A stretch of 64,000 bases of DNA from Vampirovibrionaceae bacterium NZW_1234 (lineage in GTDB: Bacteria > Cyanobacteriota > Vampirovibrionia > Vampirovibrionales > JAGQHJ01). Under the pieces are notes generated by a model. It was not told the origin of the DNA and ran no database searches. It saw nothing but the letters and a program-made list of their open reading frames with translations. Shown here piece by piece: positions 29,252-38,762 of this stretch (position 1 is the first letter of the stretch; every line of letters begins with the position of its first letter). Both the position numbers and the translations under genes were made by a program. The stretch is taken from positions 32,001 through 96,000 of the forward strand of contig JBGUGD010000016.1 in NCBI GenBank assembly GCA_041697335.1, read 5' to 3'.

Positions 29252-30028
29252 ATGGGCGAGATTGCGCTTTATTCCTGGAACGTTAATGGTATTCGGGCCG
29301 TGCATAAAAAAGGCTTTTTGGACTGGGTCACCCAAACCCAGCCCGATATTCTGGGGCTTCAGGAAACCAAGATCAGTGCCGAGCAATTGACCCCGGATTT
29401 AACCGAGATTCCAGGCTATCGCTCCTATTGGACCCACCCGCATACGAAAAAAGGGTACAGCGGGGTCGCCATTTTTACCAAACAAGAACCCGTGAGTGTG
29501 AAAGAAGGCTTGGGTGTGCCGGATTACGATGAAGAGGGCCGCACCCTGATTGCCGAGTTCGACACCTTCGTGCTGTTTAACATCTACTTCCCCAACGGCC
29601 AGCGTGGGGATGATCGCCTGCAATACAAGATGGGCTTTTATGATGCCTTTTTGGATGTGTTTAATGCTTACCGGGCCAAGGGAAAACCCTTGATTGTCTG
29701 TGGGGATTTCAACACGGCCCATAAACCCATTGATTTGGCACGGCCCAAGGAAAACGAAAAAGTCTCCGGCTTTTTGCCCATTGAGCGGGCCTGGATGGAT
29801 AAATTCGTGGGCGAAGGCTATTTGGATACCTTCCGTCTGGTGAATCAGGAACCCAACCAGTATTCGTGGTGGAATATGCGCTCCAGAGCCCGGGAACGAA
29901 ACGTAGGGTGGCGGATTGACTACTTCTTTATGACACCGGATCTGGAGCCTCGGATGACGGGAGCCGCTATCCATCCGGAGGTTATGGGCTCCGATCATTG
30001 CCCCGTGAGCCTAAAACTGGCCTCCTAA
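29252..30028 (+). CDS. xth: Exodeoxyribonuclease III / AP endonuclease
   Basis: SWNVNGIRA, LQETK, GYSGVA, CGDFNTAH, GWRIDYF, GSDHCPV. Confidence 0.96.
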   Translation: MGEIALYSWNVNGIRAVHKKGFLDWVTQTQPDILGLQETKISAEQLTPDLTEIPGYRSYWTHPHTKKGYSGVAIFTKQEPVSVKEGLGVPDYDEEGRTLIAEFDTFVLFNIYFPNGQRGDDRLQYKMGFYDAFLDVFNAYRAKGKPLIVCGDFNTAHKPIDLARPKENEKVSGFLPIERAWMDKFVGEGYLDTFRLVNQEPNQYSWWNMRSRARERNVGWRIDYFFMTPDLEPRMTGAAIHPEVMGSDHCPVSLKLAS

Positions 30029-30031
30029 CCC

Positions 30032-30838
30032 ATGGCCCGAGTCGCAACACGGCCCAAACTCAAATACCCAGACTGGGATGCGCTCGCAGAGCAGTTTTGT
30101 CAGGCCGAATTCATTGCCGATGATCCCATTTCCCTGCCCCATGCCTTTGGGCATTTACCGGATTGGCGCAATGTGGAATGCATGGCCTTTCTCGCGGCCC
30201 TGTTCAGTTATGGCCGACGGGACAAGATTCGACAAACCCTTCATCAGATTGCAGCCCCCTTGGGCGAAAACCCGGTAGAGGCCGTGATGGATTTTTCAAA
30301 AAAGGAGTGGCAGCGCTGTTTCAAGGGGTTTTATTATCGCTTTAATACGGCAGAGGACCTGGTGTTTCTGTTGACGCGCCTGGGCGAGATTTACCGCTCC
30401 GACGATACGAGCTTAAAAGGCCTCTGGTGCCGGACCACAGACCAGAAAACGTCCCTGGCCGAGAAGATCCATGCCTTTCGCCAGGCGTTTTTGACCGACG
30501 GCCTGAGCCCAGCGCCCGAGACCTACGGGATGAAGTTCCTGATGGCCGATCCGCTTCAAAACAGTGCCGCCAAACGCTTCAATATGTTTCTGCGCTGGAT
30601 GGTCCGTCATGATGCGGTGGATTTTGGCCTCTGGGCTGATATCCTGTCGCCTTCGGAATTAATTTTCCCGCTGGACACCCATGTAGCCACCATAGCTCGC
30701 CAATACCGCATTACCCGGCGCAAATCCAACGACTGGAAAACGGCCGAAGAGATTACAGGCTACTTTCGAAAGCGCTGCCCCAGCGATCCGGTGCGCTACG
30801 ACTTTGCCCTCTTTGGCTTGGGGGTTACGAAATCCTAG
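30032..30838 (+). CDS. TIGR02757 / DUF2400 family protein
   Basis: DPI..PH, SYG, KRFNMFLRWMVR, PLDTHV, DPVRYDFALFG. Confidence 0.88.
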   Translation: MARVATRPKLKYPDWDALAEQFCQAEFIADDPISLPHAFGHLPDWRNVECMAFLAALFSYGRRDKIRQTLHQIAAPLGENPVEAVMDFSKKEWQRCFKGFYYRFNTAEDLVFLLTRLGEIYRSDDTSLKGLWCRTTDQKTSLAEKIHAFRQAFLTDGLSPAPETYGMKFLMADPLQNSAAKRFNMFLRWMVRHDAVDFGLWADILSPSELIFPLDTHVATIARQYRITRRKSNDWKTAEEITGYFRKRCPSDPVRYDFALFGLGVTKS

Positions 30839-30863
30839 AGCACCGAGTAGGTGTGGTTAGACC

Positions 30864-31481
30864 CTAGCCAGCCATTTCGTTCATATTGGGATAATGCGGC
30901 GAATCCGGATCCAGAGGTACGGAGACCTGATGGGCCTTGTACTCAAAGTGCTGGGCTCCAAAAGATCCCGTTTGCAAGGTAACGACCTTTTGCTTGAGCA
31001 ACTGCATCAGCGCATCATGCAAACGATAAGCATCTCGGGAGCTATAGGCCAAAAATTCCAGGTGCTCACCGTTGACTTGGGGCTTATAACGGATAGGATC
31101 GGCGGGGTCTTCCCCTAAAGTCTGCCGGGCAGTCGCCAGATGGGCGTCAAGTTCGGTCAGCATCACCTCCCGATCGGCAGGGGTGATAGGTTTATCCGGC
31201 ATAAACGTAACCGGTAGCCCCAGGCGCTCAAAGGCCCACATCAGGCCTTGATAGGTTTTTAGCCGATCCTCGCCTCTGGGATGCGTCACTTTGACCATCA
31301 CATCACCGGCTTCCGGAAGATTCTCATGCACTTGAAGCGGCCCTTGACTGGATGCCCCATAAATCCCCAGCGTGGGACCGGGGCTGGTGACCATTTTCTG
31401 GCGCAGCTCCGGGGTTAAATCCTTGGCCTTAAACACCCAATCGGCTTTAAAACGTAATGACGCCGGTGATGATACACGCAT
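30864..31481 (-). CDS. Hypothetical protein with an 'SLRF' leader
   Basis: AGGAG RBS before ATG 31481 (MRVSSPASLRFKADW); no recognisable domain. Confidence 0.7.
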   Translation of the reverse strand: MRVSSPASLRFKADWVFKAKDLTPELRQKMVTSPGPTLGIYGASSQGPLQVHENLPEAGDVMVKVTHPRGEDRLKTYQGLMWAFERLGLPVTFMPDKPITPADREVMLTELDAHLATARQTLGEDPADPIRYKPQVNGEHLEFLAYSSRDAYRLHDALMQLLKQKVVTLQTGSFGAQHFEYKAHQVSVPLDPDSPHYPNMNEMAG

Positions 31482-31583
31482 GAAAATCACTCCTAAACAC
31501 ACCACAATGAACAACGCCTATTACCCTAACACAAGCCACACAAACACACCTAAGATTTTGTCCATAACTGTTAAGTGATTTAA

Positions 31584-33095
31584 CTATCGGGCAACAGCCA
31601 GGTCCAGGTTCTGGTTAAAGCGCATCCGGGCTAACACCGGAACCGGCAATTCCTTGCCCGCCAAAAGCGAGTCATGAAACTGCTTAAGGTTAAAGCGCTG
31701 GCCCTGCTGGTCTTGAAGTTGGCGACGAAGCTGTTGAATCTGAAGCTTACCCATCAGATAACTCGCTACATCAGTGGGGCGCTGGTAATAGCGGTCGACC
31801 TCGATGCCAGCCCGATCGGGCTCTAAGAGAACCCGATCTACCAGAAAGTTCACGGCAGACTCACGCGTCATTTTGCCGGTATGGATTTGCGGATCAATCC
31901 AGGCCCGGGCGGCCCGCCATAAAATATTTCTGAGGGCAAACAGATGCTGTTCCGGCTTGCTATAGTAACCTTGCTCCCGAGCCAGGTCCTCCGTGTACAC
32001 GCCCCAGCCTTCAATAAAGAAGATGTTTCTCGGCGTCAGCTCCAGAACCCGGCTCATGGTGCGATGACTGGGATTGGCCTCATCCAGGCGGACCCGATCA
32101 TCATGGACATGCTGCAAATGATGTCCCGGAAACGCTTCATGGATCACCACCGGCGGAATAAAGCCATAATTATGAGCCCGAAGCTGCTCCTCAACCTTGG
32201 CCGGATCGTCATCGACCACAGTGGTCACCATAAAGGTCCCTCGCCCACCGGGACGACCAATGTAGGCGGCGTAGGGAATACTTCCCCGATAGAAATCCGG
32301 AGTCTCAATCACCTCTAATCTATCCGGTGGCAATGAAATAAGGTCCTTGTCTTTCAAAAATCCTTTGGCTTTAGCCACTTCGGCCCGATAGGTATCCAGC
32401 AACTCGTCTTTTTTGGGATGATGCTTGCGCAGATCCCGATAAATCTCTCGCCAATCTTTTTTCGCATCGATTTGGGCGGCAAGTCGTTTCATCTCCGCTT
32501 CAATGGCCTCAAACTGGCGCCAAGCCACCCGGGTGAGGCCTTCACTATCCAGGTTGATGAAGTTTTCGAGTCGGAGCATGGCATCATATCGACGCTTGCC
32601 AATACCGCCTTGCACCAAGACCTTGGGCAATGGCGTCTTAAGGGGCTGTGTCAACAGGTAATCCAAGCCATGCCCATTCAGTGGCGTTCTGTCTACGCCC
32701 AACCGCCGCAACGTCACCGTCTCGTCCCGGTCGAACACTTCCCGTTGCAAATGATGATCAAACAGCATATGAAGGCCTTGGTAGGTGGGTTCCAGGGCTT
32801 GAGCCGGAATCTCAGCCAAGCGGCGTTGAAATTGCTTCAAGGCCTCCACGGTCCCAGGAGACTCATTGAAATAGCGCTCCACCAATTGGTCAAATCGGGC
32901 GTTTGCACCCCCCGGAGCGGCCTCTGACGCCACCGCTCGGGTGCCCAAGAACTGATCTGCCCCAACGCTCATGGCCAAGACCCCGCCGGCCCCTTTCATC
33001 ACATCTTGCAAAAATTGGCGTCGACTGGTCGGGTTTGGTTCCCTCTGCTGACCGAAGCGAGGGCTGACGCCACCCATAGGCATATTGGTTCTCAT
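31584..33095 (-). CDS. DUF885 family putative metallopeptidase with a twin-arginine motif
   Basis: HEAFPGHHLQ, EGWGVYTE, LWRAAR..ID, EVDRY, SYLMGK, LKQFHD; N-terminal SRRQFL. Confidence 0.88.
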   Translation of the reverse strand: MRTNMPMGGVSPRFGQQREPNPTSRRQFLQDVMKGAGGVLAMSVGADQFLGTRAVASEAAPGGANARFDQLVERYFNESPGTVEALKQFQRRLAEIPAQALEPTYQGLHMLFDHHLQREVFDRDETVTLRRLGVDRTPLNGHGLDYLLTQPLKTPLPKVLVQGGIGKRRYDAMLRLENFINLDSEGLTRVAWRQFEAIEAEMKRLAAQIDAKKDWREIYRDLRKHHPKKDELLDTYRAEVAKAKGFLKDKDLISLPPDRLEVIETPDFYRGSIPYAAYIGRPGGRGTFMVTTVVDDDPAKVEEQLRAHNYGFIPPVVIHEAFPGHHLQHVHDDRVRLDEANPSHRTMSRVLELTPRNIFFIEGWGVYTEDLAREQGYYSKPEQHLFALRNILWRAARAWIDPQIHTGKMTRESAVNFLVDRVLLEPDRAGIEVDRYYQRPTDVASYLMGKLQIQQLRRQLQDQQGQRFNLKQFHDSLLAGKELPVPVLARMRFNQNLDLAVAR

Positions 33096-33241
33096 CGGTG
33101 TTTCCCCTTAATTCCTCACTCGAAACACGCCCCGACCCAAGCGCGAGGCCATTCATTTGTTTTTAAAAACTTATGATATTATATCCAGCCCCCAATGCAA
33201 GCCCGGATTTTCGAAGCAAATGATAATGAACCTGGTATTGG

Positions 33242-35479
33242 TTAGTTCAGAGCAGAGAGGCGTTCTTTGGCGTACTTGATAAAGTCGTCCTCAGGCTGAT
33301 CCTTCATCATGGTGACAAACTGGTCATACCATTTTCGGGCTTCGGCTTTATTGCCCTGGGTATCCAAGACCACGGCCAAGGCATAGACAGCATCCACTTG
33401 CTGTGGATCCAACTCAATAGCCTTTTCATAAGCCGCCTTGGCCAACGTCAGCTTTTTCTGGGCATCATAGATCAGGCCTTTGTAATAATAGGCATGGGCA
33501 TTTTGACTGTCGGCCTTCAAGACTTGATCGACTTGCTGCAAGGCTTTGACATAATTTTTCGCATCATAAGAGGCCATCACCTGACTGAGCTGATCGTCGA
33601 CATCGGCTTTGACAATATCATCCAGCGCTTGCCGCGCCTGGGTCAAAGAAGGATCCAGGGACAAAGCCTTCTCATAGAGTTTCTTCGCTTCATCCAACTG
33701 GTTCTGTTGGTCGAAGACTGTGGCCTTGTAATAGTAATACGTCCCGTTTTGGGGTGAGAGGGCAATGGCCTTGTCATAGGCCGATTGGGCCTGACTAAAG
33801 CGCTTGAGCCCCTGTAAAGATAAGCCATAATTGGCATACAAATCAGGGTTTTTGGTCTCGGTTTTCAGCGCTTTTTCGTATTCTTGAACAGCTTGGGCGT
33901 AGTTCCCCTGACTCTGTAAAGTTGCTGCCTGCTGAATGGCCTTACTGCCCTTTTGCTGCTCCAGCGATGCCGCCAAGGCATGAACTTCCTCCAAATCCGG
34001 ATTCAGGCTAACCGCTTTTTTCAACGAACTGACCGCCTGATCTTCCTTCCCTAAAGCATGATATGCCGCACCCATATTGGCAAAGGCTTCGGCCATATCC
34101 GGTTTTATCCCCACCGCTTTTTGGTAATAGCGAACAGCGGCCTCATAGTCTTTTTGTTCATGCAAGGCTAAACCGGCTTGGTACTGAATGGCCGCATCTG
34201 CGGGGTAGGCATCGGCATACTGCTGCCAACCAGATTTGATCTTTTCGGTATCGCCCTGGTTTTTATAGACCGTCAGCAACTGCTCAAACACCTGCTTTTT
34301 GTCAGTCCCCCGTTGCATGGCTTGTTGCAAAGCCTGCTCTGCTTCTTGGGCTTTGCCTTGCTGTTTAAGAATATCGGCCTTATACAACCAGACCTGCGCG
34401 TTACCCGGGTTCTGCTGCAACAGGGCATTGTAAACCACCAAGGCCTGATCCAGCTCGCCTTTGGCCTGGTGTAAGGTGCCCATATTGAGCTTAATCAGCG
34501 GGTTGTTGGGCGACAAGCGTTCGGCAACCTGATACTGAGATAGCGCCTGATCATACCGGCCCATTTGTTGATAAACAGCCCCCAAATTCAACTGGGCAGA
34601 CATGTTTCTGGGGTTCAAGGTTAACTCTTTTTTCCAGACCTGCTCCAGAGCCAGGAGAGCGTCCTTGTTCTTGGCATTCAGAGCAAGAGCACGGTTATAG
34701 GCCTCCACGGCTTTTTCCGGATTCTGGTTTTTCACCTGGGCGGTTCCCAGCTTGACCCAAAGCTCCTCACTTGGCGCATTTGTACTGTCAATGGCCTTCT
34801 GATAAGCAACTACAGCCTTATCGGGCTTTTGGCGCACGGTGTAAATATCCCCTTGGGCCGTCCAGGCCTCGGCATGATTGGGCTTCAAGCGCGTGACCCA
34901 AGCGTACTCCACCATGGCCTCCAGCAAGTTGCCTTTACGGCGCAGATCCCAAGCCGTTTTTAAATGCCCGCTGGCATCTGCCGGGTTCTGCTTCAGGCTT
35001 TTCATGGCATTTTCAATGTTATCCCGGAGGATATTGATGTTTTCTTGCGTACCAGGCTTTCGCTCCTGGTTCTGAGGCCATTCATGCTCCAGGTAATACA
35101 GCCCCATCCGGTAATCAGCAATGGCCTTAGCAAAATCCTTCTTCTCGTTATGGGCTTTAACGCCACGCTGGATATAGCATACCGCCAGGTTATTCAGAAC
35201 GGCTGTGTTGTCGGGAGCCAACTGCCAGGCCTTGGTCATCAGATCAATGGCACGGGTATAGTCCTTGGCACGATAAGCCTCCATGGCTTGATCCGAATAG
35301 TGAATATAATACTCATTGGGCTGGGTATCATCCTCATAGCCCTGCTGCTCATAAGAGGCCGGCGGCTGTTCGGCGGTTTGGGCCAATGTCGGCAAGCTCA
35401 AGGCTTGAAGCACCAACAATGTTGTTGCTACCCCCAAAGCCGGGTAGTTGAGTGCATGGAATCCGAAACATCGCGCCAT
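33242..35479 (-). CDS. Exported tetratricopeptide-repeat protein
   Basis: Signal-like hydrophobic segment ending in TLA; many TPR units (A..Y.KA..L.P...A..N.G). Confidence 0.9.
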   Translation of the reverse strand: MARCFGFHALNYPALGVATTLLVLQALSLPTLAQTAEQPPASYEQQGYEDDTQPNEYYIHYSDQAMEAYRAKDYTRAIDLMTKAWQLAPDNTAVLNNLAVCYIQRGVKAHNEKKDFAKAIADYRMGLYYLEHEWPQNQERKPGTQENINILRDNIENAMKSLKQNPADASGHLKTAWDLRRKGNLLEAMVEYAWVTRLKPNHAEAWTAQGDIYTVRQKPDKAVVAYQKAIDSTNAPSEELWVKLGTAQVKNQNPEKAVEAYNRALALNAKNKDALLALEQVWKKELTLNPRNMSAQLNLGAVYQQMGRYDQALSQYQVAERLSPNNPLIKLNMGTLHQAKGELDQALVVYNALLQQNPGNAQVWLYKADILKQQGKAQEAEQALQQAMQRGTDKKQVFEQLLTVYKNQGDTEKIKSGWQQYADAYPADAAIQYQAGLALHEQKDYEAAVRYYQKAVGIKPDMAEAFANMGAAYHALGKEDQAVSSLKKAVSLNPDLEEVHALAASLEQQKGSKAIQQAATLQSQGNYAQAVQEYEKALKTETKNPDLYANYGLSLQGLKRFSQAQSAYDKAIALSPQNGTYYYYKATVFDQQNQLDEAKKLYEKALSLDPSLTQARQALDDIVKADVDDQLSQVMASYDAKNYVKALQQVDQVLKADSQNAHAYYYKGLIYDAQKKLTLAKAAYEKAIELDPQQVDAVYALAVVLDTQGNKAEARKWYDQFVTMMKDQPEDDFIKYAKERLSALN

Positions 35480-35511
35480 TGGCAAATCCCTCTCTATCAA
35501 ACACTAAGTCA

Positions 35512-35952
35512 CTAAAACGGCAGGTTATTTTCAACGTAGGCCAGCTTCCATCCGCCCCGTTCTTGCACCATCGGCAGACCAATTTCTCGGACTTGGCCAT
35601 TGGGATATTTCAATGTTACCTTAACGATGGCCTTGTTTCCCTTCACCGAGTCGACACTAAAATAGCCCAAGCGATAAAGCTCGTTGGCCCCGCTGGCAAA
35701 AAAGAACCGCCGCCAAAAAAACTTCAACAACATCGTATCATTTCGCTCAAACATCAGTTTGATTTCCTTGAGACCCAGCTGTGCCGCTTTAGCCGCTTCG
35801 GCATTGCGGTTAAACAGATCGTGCAGAGCCCATTCGGCAAACTTGTTTTGAGACGCGGTCGAAAAGATACTCCAGGAAATATGACATTGACTCTCCATAA
35901 GGGAGGCATAAAACTGACGAGCCGAGCGATCCGGCGGCAGCTTCTGAGCCAT
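35512..35952 (-). CDS. Hypothetical protein (NTF2-like C-terminus)
   Basis: AAGGA RBS; C-terminal KAIVKVTL...MVQERGGWKL strand pattern; co-oriented with the TPR gene. Confidence 0.65.
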   Translation of the reverse strand: MAQKLPPDRSARQFYASLMESQCHISWSIFSTASQNKFAEWALHDLFNRNAEAAKAAQLGLKEIKLMFERNDTMLLKFFWRRFFFASGANELYRLGYFSVDSVKGNKAIVKVTLKYPNGQVREIGLPMVQERGGWKLAYVENNLPF

Positions 35953-36080
35953 GAGCGAATCCTTAGAGACAAGCGACGTTACCTATGTCTTCATTATACC
36001 GGCCAAGTCCTCCACGGGATCATGCAGGCAAGGGAGGTTCCGGGCGCAATATCAAGGGGGGGTGTACTCGCCATGACGAA

Positions 36081-36109
36081 CGGCAAGGATGATTGTTCCA
36101 TCCTTGCCG
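36081..36109 (-). terminator. Hairpin downstream of the 60-aa ORF
   Basis: Perfect 11-bp stem CGGCAAGGATG / CATCCTTGCCG. Confidence 0.55.
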
Positions 36110-36139
36110 AAATGTCTTTGATTTGACAGCTGATGTCGT

Positions 36140-36322
36140 TTATCCAGCCGCTCTTGAACTGGCGTTGAAACGACTTAAATCCACAGAAATTTGGCTGGCC
36201 CGCCAATTCTGGTAAGCAATCATGGTTAACGGTTGCATTTCTGAATCCCGGTTGATCCGACCCAGATCAAAATTCCCATAATGGGCTTGGGACGGGCGGG
36301 CTAATAAGGCTGTATTCGACAT
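36140..36322 (-). CDS. Small hypothetical protein (60 aa)
   Basis: Purine-rich leader AGAGGGATAAAGAGAAG before ATG, AT-rich upstream region, downstream hairpin. Confidence 0.5.
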   Translation of the reverse strand: MSNTALLARPSQAHYGNFDLGRINRDSEMQPLTMIAYQNWRASQISVDLSRFNASSRAAG

Positions 36323-36465
36323 CTTCTCTTTATCCCTCTATCTTCGCTGGACCCCCGAATTGGATCCCCATACATACGATTAACTACATCTAAATAAAAC
36401 CCAAAAGATATCTATAATTTCTCTAAATTATATAAATATGAAGTTATTTTAACATCTCGTTTGGT

Positions 36466-37287
36466 TCAGGCCGACCGAAAGGCGGAAGGATCGGGTTGGG
36501 CCTGAGCCATCAGGTGTAAAAAACGACGGACCGATTCAACAGAGTCTAAACACCCTACCACCGCAGGAGCTCCAGGCGGTAACTGCTCCCCCACATAGTA
36601 GGACAGCCCCTTGGCCTCGTTAACAACAGCAAAGGCATCAAAATCAGTCACATCGTCCCCAATGTAAATTAGTCCCGGGGCTTTGGCAAAACGTGTTTTG
36701 GCCTTTTCTTGAACATGGCGCACACCATGGCCTTTGTTGAAGGCTTTAGGCAAGGCTTCAAGCAACGCCTTGCCAGGCTTTAATGAGAACAACGAAGCCA
36801 TTTGAAGACGCTCAAAACCCTGTTGAAACAAGCTTAATGCTTTTTCCGCCACGTGAGGATGGGCTTGGCGATAATGCACGGCCACGGAATGCACTTTGTC
36901 CTCAATATGCACCGCCTCTAAGGCATGCATGCCTTTATCCAGAAGGTACTCAACCAATTCCTGGGTTCTCGTTTTATACACGGCATCTGGCTGAACCAGC
37001 CATGTAGCCGTATGCATGTCGAAGACTTCGCCCCCATGCAGCCCGACCAATAAAAGGCGTTTGAATTCCAAAGAGCCAAGAAACCCCATAAGCTGGTCCA
37101 CAGAGCGACCGCTCACAATGGCCAACTGAACCTCAGGCAAAGCTGCCAAGGACTCTAACAGGGCCAACCCCTTTGCATCAATTTGCGATTCATTGAAATG
37201 GGAACACAACGGTGTCAAGGTCCCATCATAGTCCAGCATCAAGGCCCAAGGCTTATTCAAGGTCTCAATCCCGTTGTCCAAGCGCAT
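36466..37287 (-). CDS. otsB: Trehalose-6-phosphate phosphatase
   Basis: HAD motifs LDYDGTL, IVSGR, HGGE, EDK..SVAVHYR, KG, IGDDVTD. Confidence 0.93.
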   Translation of the reverse strand: MRLDNGIETLNKPWALMLDYDGTLTPLCSHFNESQIDAKGLALLESLAALPEVQLAIVSGRSVDQLMGFLGSLEFKRLLLVGLHGGEVFDMHTATWLVQPDAVYKTRTQELVEYLLDKGMHALEAVHIEDKVHSVAVHYRQAHPHVAEKALSLFQQGFERLQMASLFSLKPGKALLEALPKAFNKGHGVRHVQEKAKTRFAKAPGLIYIGDDVTDFDAFAVVNEAKGLSYYVGEQLPPGAPAVVGCLDSVESVRRFLHLMAQAQPDPSAFRSA

Positions 37288-38746
37288 CAAGAAACGCACC
37301 TACATACTGCAATAACCACGCTTCAATATTATCACGGGCAATGCCTTCACGAAGCGACTTCATCCGCCGTTGACGCTCTCGGGGAGATTCATTGAGGACA
37401 TTATAAATGGTCTGCACTACCTGAGGGTGATCGTAGGGATTCACCAGATAGCTTTCCGTCAGTTGATACGCTGCCCCGGTCATTTCGCTTAAGATCAAGG
37501 CCCCCGATTCATCGGGACGAGCAGCACAGTACTCTTTAGCCACCAAATTCATGCCATCGCGTAAGGGATTTACCAAGGCAAAGTCAGCCGCCTTGTAGTA
37601 GGCCACCAATTCTTCCATAGGGTAGCCCCGATAAAAATAATGAATCGGGACCCACCCATCCTCGCTAAACATGCCATTAATGCGTCCCACCGCTTCATCA
37701 ATATCCTGCTTCATGCGTTGATATTCCGGTACTTCCATACGACTGGGTACGGCCACCTGCACAAACACCAGTCTTCTTCGATATTGTGGAAAGCGTTTAA
37801 AGAAAAGCGCAATACATTCCAGGCGTTCAAGAATCCCCTTGGTATAATCCAGGCGATCCACCCCAAGTCCGACAAACTCGGCAGGCTGTAAGGCTTGTCG
37901 TATCTGAAGAGCCGCCTCATCCACCGAAGATTGCAGTGCCAGCGCATTAACAGCATTGAAGTCAATACTAATCGGAAAGGCCTGAACACGAATGGTACGC
38001 CCCTGATAGTTCAGCGTCTGATCATCCAGTACTTTCACCTCGCCTGCAAGGATAAACTCAGCACATTCCATAAAATAACGAGCATAAAGCGGCGTATGAA
38101 AGCCAATTAAGTCACTGCCCAGAATTCCTTGGAGAATCTCACGCCGCGTCGGCAAGGTGCGAAACATCTCATAATGGGGAAATGGGATATGACAGAAAAA
38201 ACCCAGATTGGCCTTGGGCTTGAATTGACGGACATATTCGGGTACCCGCATGAGGTGGTAATCCTGAACCCAAATCAGGTCTTCTGGCCCAGCATTCTCG
38301 GCAACGGCCCGGGCAAACTTGTAGTTCACCATGGTGTAATGTTTCCAGTCCTCTTCACTAAAGGCATGCCGGAACGGGAAATAGTGAAATAAGGGCCAAA
38401 GCTGCTGATTGGCAAACCCGAAGTAATAATGCTGAATCTCTTCACTCGATAATCGAACCGCCTGGATCCGATAGGGCAGCGCGACGCGATTTAATTCAGC
38501 CAAGCGACACAGATCATTGAAATCACAACCCTGCTCCTGAGTCCCACTCCAACAGATCCAAAGACCATTTGACTGCTGTAGCACCGTATCCAAGGCAGAG
38601 ACCAGGCCGCCTGTGGTTTTTTCCAACGTTAAGTTGGTGTTATGGCGCTTGATTTGGTAAGGCTCGCGATTAGACACCACAATTAATTGACGCCCATTCA
38701 GGAGTGTCAATACATCGGCGGCAAATGATTCAACTGAAATACCCAA
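37265..38746 (-). CDS. otsA: Trehalose-6-phosphate synthase
   Basis: [48 protein letters not shown]. Confidence 0.96.
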   Translation of the reverse strand: MGISVESFAADVLTLLNGRQLIVVSNREPYQIKRHNTNLTLEKTTGGLVSALDTVLQQSNGLWICWSGTQEQGCDFNDLCRLAELNRVALPYRIQAVRLSSEEIQHYYFGFANQQLWPLFHYFPFRHAFSEEDWKHYTMVNYKFARAVAENAGPEDLIWVQDYHLMRVPEYVRQFKPKANLGFFCHIPFPHYEMFRTLPTRREILQGILGSDLIGFHTPLYARYFMECAEFILAGEVKVLDDQTLNYQGRTIRVQAFPISIDFNAVNALALQSSVDEAALQIRQALQPAEFVGLGVDRLDYTKGILERLECIALFFKRFPQYRRRLVFVQVAVPSRMEVPEYQRMKQDIDEAVGRINGMFSEDGWVPIHYFYRGYPMEELVAYYKAADFALVNPLRDGMNLVAKEYCAARPDESGALILSEMTGAAYQLTESYLVNPYDHPQVVQTIYNVLNESPRERQRRMKSLREGIARDNIEAWLLQYVGAFLDALGQRD

Positions 38747-38762
38747 GCGAGTAGACCCTCCC

